Shown one piece after another: positions 9,172 through 18,543 of a stretch of DNA of 64,000 nucleotides. The stretch covers positions 1 to 64,000 of IMG/VR virus record IMGVR_UViG_3300037755_000305. One strand, 5' to 3'. Each line of letters starts with the position of its first letter. Within the stretch, counting starts at the first letter, position 1. Made by a program: the position numbers and the translations under genes. The notes below the pieces were generated by a model that searched no databases, was not told where the DNA came from, and saw nothing but the letters and a program-made list of their open reading frames with translations. Source of the stretch: a virus.

Positions 9172-10176
9172 ATGAGAAAAGAGAAAAGCGCAGTGACCAA
9201 GATTCTGGTAATCTATCACGGGCGTTGTGCGGACGGTACCTGTGCCGCGTGGTGCGCTGATTTGTACTTCCGGGGCATGGAAGACGTAGAGATAGAATAC
9301 TATCCCGCCAAGCACAATGAGCCGCCGCCGTACAATAGGATCGCCAAGGCGAACCGAACGTACATCTTAGACTTCTGCTACCAGCGTGAAGACCTCCTGA
9401 AGATTGCCGAAATGACGAAGCTTCAAGTAATCGACCACCACAAATCTGCCGAAGACCAGTGTCACGGGCTTGATTTTTGTGAATTCGACATGGACCGCAG
9501 CGGAGCCGGTATGAGCTGGGACCATTTCTTTCCGGAAGTCGCACGTCCCTGGTTTGTAGATTACGTCGAGACCCGAGACATTTGGACATGGAAGTACCCT
9601 AACGCTAAACCAGCATTGGCTTTCGTTGACACGCTACCTATTGATATTTCAACTTTCGATAAACTATACTACGGGGAAATTACTCATGGAGATTGTGTCG
9701 CTAATGGCGGGGCGATTCTTGCCTACATCAAGCAATACAACTCCGAGACCGTAAATTCTAGCCTGCGAAAAATCACTTTCCAGGACCCTAACGGTAACAT
9801 CCACATTGACATACCGGTGGTTAATACTTCTCACTTCGGTATTTCCGAGCTGTTGAACGGTATTGCCGAAGGATATCCATTTGTACTGTCTTACTTCAAA
9901 CGCAACGATGGCAAATATCAGTACAGTGCCCGAGTTTCCGACAATAGTAATTTCGATGTTAGCAAGCTAGCTAAGAGCTACGGCGGCGGCGGACACGCTA
10001 AGGCTTCGGGCTTTACTTTGGACCACGAGCTTCAGGAGCTTCCGGCTCCGGCTCCGGGGCAGAATTGGAGCCCTGTGGATCTGCCGTGCGAGTGCGGACG
10101 TAATGGCGGTTCCCGGCATAGCTGTGGAAAGTTGAGAGGACTTATCTCGCCCCCGCAGGGGCATAACTGGGACTAG
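9172..10176 (+). CDS. DHH/DHHA1-family phosphoesterase
   Basis: YHGRCADG, YILDF, IDHHKS, FDMDRSGA, RDIW and GGGGHAKASGF. Start uncertain (9169/9172/9193; track 9109). Confidence 0.88.
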   Translation: MRKEKSAVTKILVIYHGRCADGTCAAWCADLYFRGMEDVEIEYYPAKHNEPPPYNRIAKANRTYILDFCYQREDLLKIAEMTKLQVIDHHKSAEDQCHGLDFCEFDMDRSGAGMSWDHFFPEVARPWFVDYVETRDIWTWKYPNAKPALAFVDTLPIDISTFDKLYYGEITHGDCVANGGAILAYIKQYNSETVNSSLRKITFQDPNGNIHIDIPVVNTSHFGISELLNGIAEGYPFVLSYFKRNDGKYQYSARVSDNSNFDVSKLAKSYGGGGHAKASGFTLDHELQELPAPAPGQNWSPVDLPCECGRNGGSRHSCGKLRGLISPPQGHNWD

Positions 10177-10177
10177 G

Positions 10178-10185
10178 TTATCTCT
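10178..10185 (+). promoter_or_regulatory. Recurrent TTATCTCT boundary motif, copy 1
   Basis: GGTTATCTCTAAGGAG immediately after the DHH stop and before the GTG at 10197. Confidence 0.55.
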
Positions 10186-10196
10186 AAGGAGCAACA

Positions 10197-10463
10197 GTGA
10201 TTAACGCCAAGATCATTACTGCCGGACCTCGCGGAAATGCGTGCCGAAAATGCAAGGAGAAGGTCAAGAAGCCCGATGTTCTGTTGAAGGTGACGAGCCA
10301 TACTAGGTTCAGCAATCACCCGAAAGTGGATAACTATTGCCCCAAATGTGGGATAAAACAAGTCGAAAACGGCATATCTACTCTAAAGGCTATGTTGGAT
10401 ACTTTGATGAATGGGCCGAGTGACAAATCCAAGCTCGGGAATGTAAAAGTGAGGAAAGTGTAA
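10197..10463 (+). CDS. Small Cys-containing (zinc-finger-like) protein
   Basis: CRKC...CPKC pairs; GTG start with SD AAGGAG. Confidence 0.7.
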   Translation: MINAKIITAGPRGNACRKCKEKVKKPDVLLKVTSHTRFSNHPKVDNYCPKCGIKQVENGISTLKAMLDTLMNGPSDKSKLGNVKVRKV

Positions 10464-10852
10464 TGGCTGGTAACGTGAAAGTGTTCGTTAGAGAAACGAA
10501 GATTGTGTGTCTTGGAGAAAAATCTGAAGACAACGTTGAGATCGTTGACGAGAGGCCCGAGGGTATCACTGTTCGGCATACGTACAGGAAAGGCAGCAGG
10601 CGAACGGAGTTCATTCCCCGAGAAAAGATCGAAAGCATAATCTACGAAGACGAGAAGATCACCTCGGCGCGTAAGTCCCGAAAACCCAAACCAGAACCCA
10701 AAACTCCAGAGCCCGTAGCGGCTCCGGTACCGGACCCCGCTCCTATAGAAGAAACCGTCGTTGACGAGCTGGAAGCTGAAAATGACGATATTTTCTCGGA
10801 TGACGGAGAGTTCGATGATGAGGACGATCTCGATGACGACGAATTCGAATGA
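10463..10852 (+). CDS. Hypothetical protein with Pro-rich linker and acidic tail
   Basis: 129 aa; TAATG overlap with the upstream gene; ends DDEDDLDDDEFE. Confidence 0.75.
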   Translation: MAGNVKVFVRETKIVCLGEKSEDNVEIVDERPEGITVRHTYRKGSRRTEFIPREKIESIIYEDEKITSARKSRKPKPEPKTPEPVAAPVPDPAPIEETVVDELEAENDDIFSDDGEFDDEDDLDDDEFE

Positions 10853-11000
10853 CAACAAAGACAATGATGACAAGGTCACTATGGACGAGCACGTTGCGGA
10901 CACGCATCGAAATAAGCCGATTGTTGGCCAAGTAGTCACTGGTGATATCGTAAGCGGCGAGGTAACGAAGCATGACAAAAGGGACGACACCGAAGCCTAA
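10833..11000 (+). CDS. Possible small hypothetical protein (55 aa)
   Basis: ATG 10833 with GAGGA SD; bridges the gap to the helicase gene. Confidence 0.35.
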   Translation: MTTNSNDNKDNDDKVTMDEHVADTHRNKPIVGQVVTGDIVSGEVTKHDKRDDTEA

Positions 11001-12456
11001 GGCAGTCCTTAGAGAGCGGTTGTACGTTCCTGTCGATTTCGTTACCGACGAGATGTTCGAAGCTTGGACCTATCTGGTCCCTGATCCAGAGCCAGAAGAC
11101 CCAGAAGACAAAATCGAAGTCCAGTTGTGGAGAGAACACAACGACGGACAAGTGATTTCGTTTGCTCGCGGGGACATGGGAAAGGTCAAGAAGTTCTTTG
11201 GCCGCAAGGCGGGCTTCAAGGTCAAGGATCGCCGTGTTGCTCCAGCTATGGAGCATCCTATTACGATGAAGACTACGCTCTTCACGCCAGAGACCGACTC
11301 CCAGGGTCGCAACCAGCAAGAGGTTGTCGAACAGTGGCTAGCTCATGGCTACGGTCAAATACAGGCTCCCGCACGAATGGGAAAAACTGTTGTGACCACC
11401 GGAATAGTTTGTGCTTTGGGAAGAAAAACGTTAATCCTGTCACATATCTGGGATATTTTGGACCAGTTCGAGACGACCATCCGAGAACATACGGACGTAG
11501 ATGACGTGGAGAAAATGGTCGGACGTAAGCTCGTCGGCCGTCTCGATAAGGTGGGGTTCAACAATATCGAGAATCTTGATGTTGTTCTGTCGTCCTGGCA
11601 GTCTTGGTGGCACCCATCTAAACGCCACTACTTGAAGAAGTACCGAGACACTTTCGGTGCTATCTTCGTTGATGAGAGCCACCTGTCTCAAGCCGCCTGC
11701 TATGCCAAGGTGGTGGATTCATTTAACGCCAAGTACCGTTGTGGCAATACAGCTACCCCCTATAAACTAAACGAACTGCACGTAATCATTGAGAATATTC
11801 TGGGTCCGGTTGTCACCAAAGGACAAAGCCGACAAATGAAGTGTTCCGTGGAGTACGTTCACACCGACTACGAAGTCGAAAAATTTTCTGCATGGACGAC
11901 CATGGTAAGTGCCCTTGTAAAGAGCAAGGAACGCAACGCATTGATAGTGGAAGAGGCTGTAAGAGATGCAGAGGCGGGTCGATACGTTCTAATCACCACC
12001 GAGAGAACAAAACACGCCAAGGTTCTCAGCGACGCTATCAACGCTAAGGGCATTACGTCCATCCACATTGTGGGATCAACCACTGAACGAGACAAGTTGT
12101 GGGAACGTGCTAGACAGGGCGAAGTACAAGTAGTTGTTGCCATGCGAAAGATTACCAGACTTGGAATTGACGTGCCTCTGTGGGACTGCTTCTACAACAT
12201 ATTGCCCACCTCTAACCCCCACAATTACTATCAGGAATTGTCCAGGGTGAGAACACATTACGAAGGAAAGCCAGAGCCGATCATCAAAGACTTCATTGAC
12301 GATGCCGTAAAGGAAGTTCAAGGAGCAGTTACAGGAACGATGACCAAGCGGCACGCCGTCTACTTAGAACAGGGTTTCGACATCAAGAACGCAGCCTTTC
12401 GCCCTAAGAAAGAAAAAAGGCTCACTTGGGGGCGACGAACGCGAAAAATTGAATGA
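10972..12456 (+). CDS. Superfamily 2 (DExH) helicase, UvsW/XPB-like
   Basis: QAPARMGKT, FVDESH, TATP and C-terminal helicase motifs (LGIDVP, QELSRV). Confidence 0.88.
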   Translation: MTKGTTPKPKAVLRERLYVPVDFVTDEMFEAWTYLVPDPEPEDPEDKIEVQLWREHNDGQVISFARGDMGKVKKFFGRKAGFKVKDRRVAPAMEHPITMKTTLFTPETDSQGRNQQEVVEQWLAHGYGQIQAPARMGKTVVTTGIVCALGRKTLILSHIWDILDQFETTIREHTDVDDVEKMVGRKLVGRLDKVGFNNIENLDVVLSSWQSWWHPSKRHYLKKYRDTFGAIFVDESHLSQAACYAKVVDSFNAKYRCGNTATPYKLNELHVIIENILGPVVTKGQSRQMKCSVEYVHTDYEVEKFSAWTTMVSALVKSKERNALIVEEAVRDAEAGRYVLITTERTKHAKVLSDAINAKGITSIHIVGSTTERDKLWERARQGEVQVVVAMRKITRLGIDVPLWDCFYNILPTSNPHNYYQELSRVRTHYEGKPEPIIKDFIDDAVKEVQGAVTGTMTKRHAVYLEQGFDIKNAAFRPKKEKRLTWGRRTRKIE

Positions 12457-12458
12457 CA

Positions 12459-12466
12459 TTATCTCT
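12459..12466 (+). promoter_or_regulatory. Recurrent TTATCTCT boundary motif, copy 2
   Basis: ATTATCTCTTAGTAG right after the helicase stop, upstream of the patatin-PhoH-glycan run. Confidence 0.55.
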
Positions 12467-12496
12467 TAGTAGGGAGAAGCTCAACAGGAGTTATCA

Positions 12497-13390
12497 GTGA
12501 AAGCTCTAGTCATCTCAGGCGGCGGCGCAAAGCTTTGGTATTGCGCAGGAGCCATGGCTGGCCTCAAGAAAGAAGGCCAGGAGTTTGACTGTGTTTACGG
12601 TACATCTACAGGGGCTATCTGTACCCTTCTTTGGATGCAAGGTAACCCTCAACGAGCCTGGGACCTAACAGATACTATTAAACCTTCTGATATCATTCGT
12701 GTCCCTAAGAACGTCACAAAGTTGGCACGACTTATTCAAGCTCGACCTCTCGTCGACAATTCTCCTATGCTGCCCACCCTTCAAAAACTGTTCCCCCGGC
12801 ACAGCTTGGATTTTTCGTTCAAATCACATGCTGTGGCTACTAACATCCTAACACAAAGGAGAAAGGTATTTGAACTATCGAGGAAAGACCCCGACATTTA
12901 CCGTTACGTTGTTGCTTCAGGAGCCATCCCGGCTCTGTTTCCACCGGTAAAGTTCAATGACGAGTTGGTTTGTGTAGACGGCGGCGCTATAGACAATACG
13001 CTACTTGATCCCGCCATCGAAGCAGGCTGCGATGAGATCACCTTGATTCTCCTGTCGCAGAAAACCTCCTATAAGTGCAACCCGGACGATATGTTCGATG
13101 TGATAAATGCTCTGACTGATGGAACGCTGGCAAGTTCTGCTAATAAGGATTTGAAACTATGTGCCGCTAGAAACTATGTGCCCGGGTTCAAGAAGATCAA
13201 GGTCAACCTAATACGTCCGCGCACTGCTGTACCTGTTGAGCTGTTCAACTGGAGTCCCGAGCAGGCTCGCGTGGCGTTCGACATGGGGTATACAGACGCC
13301 CTGGATATGGAACTAGCCATTGACCCGACAACAATCGACACCTCGAAAGAAGGCGCAGAACTACAGCTCATTAAAGGAGATTGCGCCTAG
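12497..13390 (+). CDS. Patatin-like phospholipase
   Basis: Oxyanion SGGGAK, nucleophile GTSTG, catalytic DGG; GTG start with SD CAGGAG. Confidence 0.9.
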   Translation: MKALVISGGGAKLWYCAGAMAGLKKEGQEFDCVYGTSTGAICTLLWMQGNPQRAWDLTDTIKPSDIIRVPKNVTKLARLIQARPLVDNSPMLPTLQKLFPRHSLDFSFKSHAVATNILTQRRKVFELSRKDPDIYRYVVASGAIPALFPPVKFNDELVCVDGGAIDNTLLDPAIEAGCDEITLILLSQKTSYKCNPDDMFDVINALTDGTLASSANKDLKLCAARNYVPGFKKIKVNLIRPRTAVPVELFNWSPEQARVAFDMGYTDALDMELAIDPTTIDTSKEGAELQLIKGDCA

Positions 13391-14018
13391 AACTGAAACC
13401 CAAGAGGATTACCTCAACACCATTGAGAACAATATAGTCACGTTCGGACTAGGGCCCGCTGGTACGGGCAAAACGTACCTCGCAATGTATCAGGCACTAT
13501 GCCATCTGTGGAACAAGAAAGATACAGGAATCAACAAAATCGTTTTGACTCGACCGGTCGTAGAAGCAGGCGAGAAGCTGGGATTCCTACCGGGTGTGAT
13601 CGAAGAGAAGTTGGACCCTTACATGCGACCCCTATACGATTCGATGAATGGCATCGTGGGTATCGAGGCTGCAAGAGATAAAATTGCAAAAGGCGTCATA
13701 GAGATTGTCCCGGTAGCCTACATGAGAGGCAGAACTTTTCATAACTGCTTTATCATTCTAGACGAAGCCCAGAATTGTAGCTATACCCAAATCAAGATGG
13801 TTCTCACCCGGCTTGGGGAAAATACTAAACTTGCCATCAGCGGAGACTCAAGCCAGTCGGATCTAAACGGGAAATCCGGTCTCGCCAAAATAGTAAGCAG
13901 GCTGAGCGAAACCAAGGACATCGGGGTGTGCAAGTTTACGACAATTGACGTAGTACGTAGCGAAATCGTAAAAAATGTGCTCCTAGACCTAGAAAAATAC
14001 GAGGAACGAGAAGACTAA
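13320..14018 (+). CDS. phoH: PhoH-family ATPase
   Basis: GPAGTGKTYLA, RPVVEAGEKLGFLPG, AYMRGRTF, ILDEAQN, TRLGE and GDSSQSD. Confidence 0.95.
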   Translation: MTRQQSTPRKKAQNYSSLKEIAPRTETQEDYLNTIENNIVTFGLGPAGTGKTYLAMYQALCHLWNKKDTGINKIVLTRPVVEAGEKLGFLPGVIEEKLDPYMRPLYDSMNGIVGIEAARDKIAKGVIEIVPVAYMRGRTFHNCFIILDEAQNCSYTQIKMVLTRLGENTKLAISGDSSQSDLNGKSGLAKIVSRLSETKDIGVCKFTTIDVVRSEIVKNVLLDLEKYEERED

Positions 14019-14024
14019 AGATAC

Positions 14025-14687
14025 GTGATGGCGTTTAACCGATTTCTCATTACAAGCTGCGGAAGATCAGGTACCCAGTTTCTAGCGGAAACTATGAACA
14101 TGTCCGGCTCGTGGACTGTAACTCATGAGCCGGACGCTTCCGACTTTGCTCGCGATAGAATCACAGAAGCCACCAGATCACTATTACAGCTTGCTTCATA
14201 TAGCCGATTTTACCAAACGTCGTACTATGGAGAAGTTAATAGTCTTATGCGTCTTTTGATTAAGCCAACTATTAGAACAAACTCACGAGGACATAGAACG
14301 TCCAAAAAATACAGAGATTTTGAAGTAGATAAGAAAGGTGTTATACTAAGGAATCCTTATGAGTTGATGTTATCCACCATGAATAGGTCCAACCCAGATT
14401 ACTGGGACAGCGCCTTGTCCAACCTAACAAGCGATCTGTGTATTCTCGATTGGTGTGTGTCTTCTGGCTTCTACCTAATACGGTTCAATCAAATGACCTC
14501 AAATGAAGAGTACCTAAATTGCGTCTTGAGAGACTTTGGAATCAACGATGTTACAGTAACGTCGTCTATGGTAAATAACGTAATAAACTCCTCTATCAAA
14601 ACATTGTCGTTGAAGGACTTGAGTTCCGATCAGTTTGCTCGGTTGGAAAGAATCAGCGACCCATTCATTGCTAGGCATTCTCTATGA
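14025..14687 (+). CDS. Sulfotransferase-like protein (P-loop fold)
   Basis: N-terminal FLITSCGRSGTQFLA PAPS-binding-type loop, THEP and ILRNPY. Confidence 0.6.
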   Translation: MMAFNRFLITSCGRSGTQFLAETMNMSGSWTVTHEPDASDFARDRITEATRSLLQLASYSRFYQTSYYGEVNSLMRLLIKPTIRTNSRGHRTSKKYRDFEVDKKGVILRNPYELMLSTMNRSNPDYWDSALSNLTSDLCILDWCVSSGFYLIRFNQMTSNEEYLNCVLRDFGINDVTVTSSMVNNVINSSIKTLSLKDLSSDQFARLERISDPFIARHSL

Positions 14688-15481
14688 AAATTTTGCATGC
14701 AGGACCCTGGGTAGGAGAGTTCGGTTGGGAGCTTTGTTCTTGGAACCCCCGCGTAAGAAAGATGTCCCAGGAGTACGATAGAGTAGTTGTGGAGGGACCG
14801 TCCTCATCGGAATTCCTATACGAATTTGCTGATGTGTATATAGCTAATGATACTAAACCGAATACCTCCGATGGATACAACGGAGAAGCTAAGAACCCGT
14901 CCACTCCAGAAGAAGGTGCCAAAGTTGTGAAGCCTGTATGGAATCAAATGGGTAAACCAGAGATGGGCCTTCTTCGTAAGCCATACAAGCCGCATCCCGA
15001 CAAAGAATGGAAATCTTTGGCCCCCAAAAACCCAGAGTTCGTGGCCGATATTTTGTGCGCTTTTAGACCAGTTAAAAACTATCGAGGCAAAATTCTGAAG
15101 GACAAAGAGTATCCTAAAAAACTGTGCGTACAGTTGGTAGGTGAGCTTCTTATTCGTGGGTTCTCTGTTGCGTGCATTGGAGGATCTGACAACTATCACA
15201 TTCCTGGTACAGTTGATCTTCGTGGCAAGTCGCTGGAGGATCAGTGTAGTGCTATTGCCGCAGGCAAGGTAGTAGCAGGCCCCAGCAGCGGTCCTTTACA
15301 TCTAGCTGCTCTGTGTGGAACCCCACAGGTGGTTTGGTATAACCGTCCTAACCAAATCACTTCCTATGCTAGATATGAGAGTCACTGGAACCCTTTCGGC
15401 ACACCTCACACATACTTGAAACAACAGGTCCCTGCCCCGTCACAAATTGCTGAAGCTGTAGAGGGGCACGCAAATGGTTAA
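14684..15481 (+). CDS. GT9 (heptosyltransferase-like) glycosyltransferase
   Basis: C-terminal VDLRGKSLEDQCSAIAAGKVVAGPSSGPLHLAALCGTPQVV matches the GT9 signature; N-terminal GPWVGEFGWEL. Confidence 0.7.
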   Translation: MKILHAGPWVGEFGWELCSWNPRVRKMSQEYDRVVVEGPSSSEFLYEFADVYIANDTKPNTSDGYNGEAKNPSTPEEGAKVVKPVWNQMGKPEMGLLRKPYKPHPDKEWKSLAPKNPEFVADILCAFRPVKNYRGKILKDKEYPKKLCVQLVGELLIRGFSVACIGGSDNYHIPGTVDLRGKSLEDQCSAIAAGKVVAGPSSGPLHLAALCGTPQVVWYNRPNQITSYARYESHWNPFGTPHTYLKQQVPAPSQIAEAVEGHANG

Positions 15482-15971
15482 ACTGAACATCGGATGCGGA
15501 ACAGATTACAGAGAAGGATTTGTCAACATCGACGGTAGCGATGTTCTACCTAAGATTGACAAGGTTATAGACTTCAACTATGACAGATTAGAGTCTCACT
15601 TTAGTGACGTTGGACACATTTTGTGCAATGATTTCATAGAGCACTTTTTTCATTGGGAAGCTGTAAATCTCATGGAAGATTTCTTCAGCGTGCTGAAACC
15701 TGGAGGCACTGTAGAGATCAGGGTACCAGACAGCGAGTGGATTATAGCCTCGGATAAGTCTGTTGAGTGGAAGCTTCGACAAATGTACGGGGGACAAGAT
15801 ACTCAGCAGGGAACGATGGACTTCTCCCGTATCGAGTACCCTCAATTCTTCTGTCATAAATACGGATGGACCAGGGAGCGCATCCGAAAAGATCTAGAAG
15901 AGATCGGATTTACTGAGCTTAGGTTTGAGCAAGTAAACGCCAATTTTGTAACTTACGGAAAACGTCCATGA
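15474..15971 (+). CDS. Class I SAM-dependent methyltransferase-like protein
   Basis: KLNIGCGTDYREGFVNID, DFIEH and LKPGG, a short MTase type often found in glycan loci. Confidence 0.8.
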   Translation: MVKLNIGCGTDYREGFVNIDGSDVLPKIDKVIDFNYDRLESHFSDVGHILCNDFIEHFFHWEAVNLMEDFFSVLKPGGTVEIRVPDSEWIIASDKSVEWKLRQMYGGQDTQQGTMDFSRIEYPQFFCHKYGWTRERIRKDLEEIGFTELRFEQVNANFVTYGKRP

Positions 15972-16744
15972 AAATTTACCCCGACCTGCATAACGGCATC
16001 GAGCGCATACGTAACATGGACATTTGCCTTGCACGTAAATTTCTTCAAGAGAGGGAATTTTTCGAACCTGTTGTTGAGAAAGTACATCAGGTAGCTAGAG
16101 ACAAGGCTCGGTGTCGTATCGAGTGGCCATTAGAAAAAATCCACGAGCATATTTCTGCTGAGCAAATAAAACTCCTATGTACCAACTTAGCTCGGGAGCG
16201 AGGCCCTAAATCTTTGCGAGTAATGTTGGCCAAGTTCACCCATGATGTGGTTAGGGAAGAGTTAGGAGTGTCTGAAAAATTCTGGCTAGATTTTCAGCCT
16301 GTGGTTCGCTTCTATACCCCTCATGATTTCTGGGTAAGTCACAAGGACCAGCTTAATCTAGGAGGTCATCTTCGTATCCAGGGACCACATCATGATACTT
16401 GGTTCGGGCACGCTACAGAAGGTATGAATCTGTGGATGGCAATAGGTCCAGTTTGCCGAGGCAACGGTCTTTCAGTGTACCCCGACGCCTGTGTCAATGG
16501 ATATATAGAGCATGACGGAAACCACGGTATGCCAAAAGACCAGTACATAGGAGTTCCTGTAAACTTCAATATGAGTCCCGGCGACATGCTGCTGTTCCAT
16601 GGCGAGATGGTACACGCTTCTGAGTTGAATCAGACGCAAGACACAAGGTTCGTTCTGACTACCCGTTTCTCCTTGGACCCTCCCATATTTCAAAAAGGTG
16701 CCCATGGCGGAAACAGTCCATGGATAACGTCGGAGGAGGTATGA
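15968..16744 (+). CDS. 2-oxoglutarate/Fe(II) dioxygenase (PhyH/StrG-like)
   Basis: PHHDTW (HxD), NLWMAI, GDMLLFHGEMVHASELN (distal His), RFVLTTRF (2OG-binding Arg). Confidence 0.8.
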   Translation: MKIYPDLHNGIERIRNMDICLARKFLQEREFFEPVVEKVHQVARDKARCRIEWPLEKIHEHISAEQIKLLCTNLARERGPKSLRVMLAKFTHDVVREELGVSEKFWLDFQPVVRFYTPHDFWVSHKDQLNLGGHLRIQGPHHDTWFGHATEGMNLWMAIGPVCRGNGLSVYPDACVNGYIEHDGNHGMPKDQYIGVPVNFNMSPGDMLLFHGEMVHASELNQTQDTRFVLTTRFSLDPPIFQKGAHGGNSPWITSEEV

Positions 16745-17364
16745 AAACTGGAGAGACAATTTGGATTATGAGCTATCCAAAATCGGGCACACATTACTTA
16801 GCACGACTACTTAGGGAAAACTTTTCAGTTACCACTATGTTCGGTGGTCATCTTTTGCCGGATCGCCCTTTAGGGTCCTGGACCAAAGCTAAAAACCGAA
16901 GAACTGTATATATTACTAGACAAATGGAAGAAGCTACAGCATCTTATGCTAGTAATGCAGTAAAAGACATCTCTCCTGAGAAATTTAGGAAAATGACTTG
17001 GCAACAGTTATGGAATGAACACTATTTCGATCCAGAAAGAAAGAGAGCTGGAAAGTATTGGCCTGCATGGTTGCCCAAACGATACATGGGTACCACACCT
17101 GAAAGTTTTTGGCGCATATCCGTAGAAGCTTGGACTGAATACGCCAAAGACGACACTGATTTTTATATAGTAAAATACGAAGATTTGAAAAATACTGAAA
17201 AATTTCATAGCACTATGCTATCTTTGGCTACTTGGTTAGGAAGCAGAAGGACAGAATTTGAAGACATAAAAGAGAAGGTTGACAATTCTCCATTTAGGGA
17301 AGGCGGGTTCGTAGGAAAAAGCGGGAAACTATCTCCGGTACAAAGTACCGTGGAGGAAGTATGA
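16741..17364 (+). CDS. Sulfotransferase domain protein
   Basis: IWIMSYPKSGTHYL 5'-PSB loop, VYITR and IVKYEDL. ATG 16741 with SD GGAGG. Confidence 0.8.
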   Translation: MKTGETIWIMSYPKSGTHYLARLLRENFSVTTMFGGHLLPDRPLGSWTKAKNRRTVYITRQMEEATASYASNAVKDISPEKFRKMTWQQLWNEHYFDPERKRAGKYWPAWLPKRYMGTTPESFWRISVEAWTEYAKDDTDFYIVKYEDLKNTEKFHSTMLSLATWLGSRRTEFEDIKEKVDNSPFREGGFVGKSGKLSPVQSTVEEV

Positions 17365-17606
17365 ACAAGATCAAAATAGTAAAGCCTGGAATAATTTCGG
17401 TAGAGATTGATGGAGAACTTCATTACTTCTCTAGGTACTGCACGCACGAAGGAGCAGACTTGTCCCTAGGCTACGTGGATGAGCATGGCTGCCTTGGGTG
17501 CCCTTGGCACAATCTAAAGTTTGACAAGAATGGGAAGCAGTCGTGCAAAAGCCTTAAAAATCTGAAGAAATATCGAAAGGAAGGCGACGATTATGTGGCT
17601 TGTTAA
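17361..17606 (+). CDS. Rieske [2Fe-2S] ferredoxin
   Basis: CTHEG...CPWH Rieske ligand motif. Confidence 0.88.
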   Translation: MNKIKIVKPGIISVEIDGELHYFSRYCTHEGADLSLGYVDEHGCLGCPWHNLKFDKNGKQSCKSLKNLKKYRKEGDDYVAC

Positions 17607-18543
17607 CACGTCATACGGATGGAACCCTGGTGACGACTTGATACGCGAAGGTGTATTCAATTTGTTCGGTCTAGGTTCTCAAGATTCTAAGGTATTCGTC
17701 AATAGGGGACAGACTCGTGTAAACGGCAAGAACGAAGCTATCTGGAGAATTCTTCGAAATGTTGAAAGCCCAGAACATCTGGCTTCCCAAGCAACCGGAA
17801 TCATCATGGCTGGTAGCCCAGAATGGTTTGATTTTTTCGAAGAATTTTACGAAGCGGCTGCTAAATACAGTGTTCCAATCTACATGGTTGGGGTAGGTAT
17901 GCGGTCTGTTTCTAAGAGAGCGCCTGCCCTCATAGATTCTATTAAGCATCTGGTGAAGGGTGCTACTGTAAGAGATTCGCATGCAGCCGGTGTTCTGAAG
18001 GAGCGCGGAATTTCTCACGAGTGGTTCCCCGATCCTGCGTTTTCTGCGTCTTACTCGGTACCAGTATCTAAGCGTTACGGTCTTGTTGCGAACTACAGGT
18101 CCCACGGAGGTAATGGGACCTTCAAAGATACATTTGATGCCAAGTGGGGCGAGGTGGAAAAGAAGTACGGCAAGGACATAGACCTAGTTACTGTACACGA
18201 GCAGGGCGAATACGCTAAAGCGAAAAAGATTTTCTCAGCACCGGTATTCTACAGCTCAGATTATCTAGATTACAAAGATATCTACTCAAGCACTAGGCTA
18301 TATTTAGGAGGCCGGATTCACGGTGCAACTCCGGTGCTGGCTACTGGCGGTACAGCTCACATCATTTACAACTCACCCAAGATATCTGTCCTTGAGAAAG
18401 TAGCACCCATTATGGACACATTATCTATATCCTCATACAAAGACGCTATCCCTGACTTACAGGAAAAAGACCCAACGGGTGCTCTTAGGGCTATGGAAAT
18501 CAAGGTGCAGCAGCACAAAGATTATTGGGCTTCACGACGATGA
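17593..18543 (+). CDS. Polysaccharide pyruvyl transferase family protein
   Basis: NPGDDLI, MVGVG, TVRD, PDPAF and RIHG, the motif order typical of this family. Confidence 0.78.
   Translation: MWLVNTSYGWNPGDDLIREGVFNLFGLGSQDSKVFVNRGQTRVNGKNEAIWRILRNVESPEHLASQATGIIMAGSPEWFDFFEEFYEAAAKYSVPIYMVGVGMRSVSKRAPALIDSIKHLVKGATVRDSHAAGVLKERGISHEWFPDPAFSASYSVPVSKRYGLVANYRSHGGNGTFKDTFDAKWGEVEKKYGKDIDLVTVHEQGEYAKAKKIFSAPVFYSSDYLDYKDIYSSTRLYLGGRIHGATPVLATGGTAHIIYNSPKISVLEKVAPIMDTLSISSYKDAIPDLQEKDPTGALRAMEIKVQQHKDYWASRR

Noticed and set aside
12497-13390. Patatin as a CBASS CapV effector or defence island
   Set aside because: No CD-NTase, Cap2/Cap3 or other defence genes nearby; the neighbours are phoH and a helicase.
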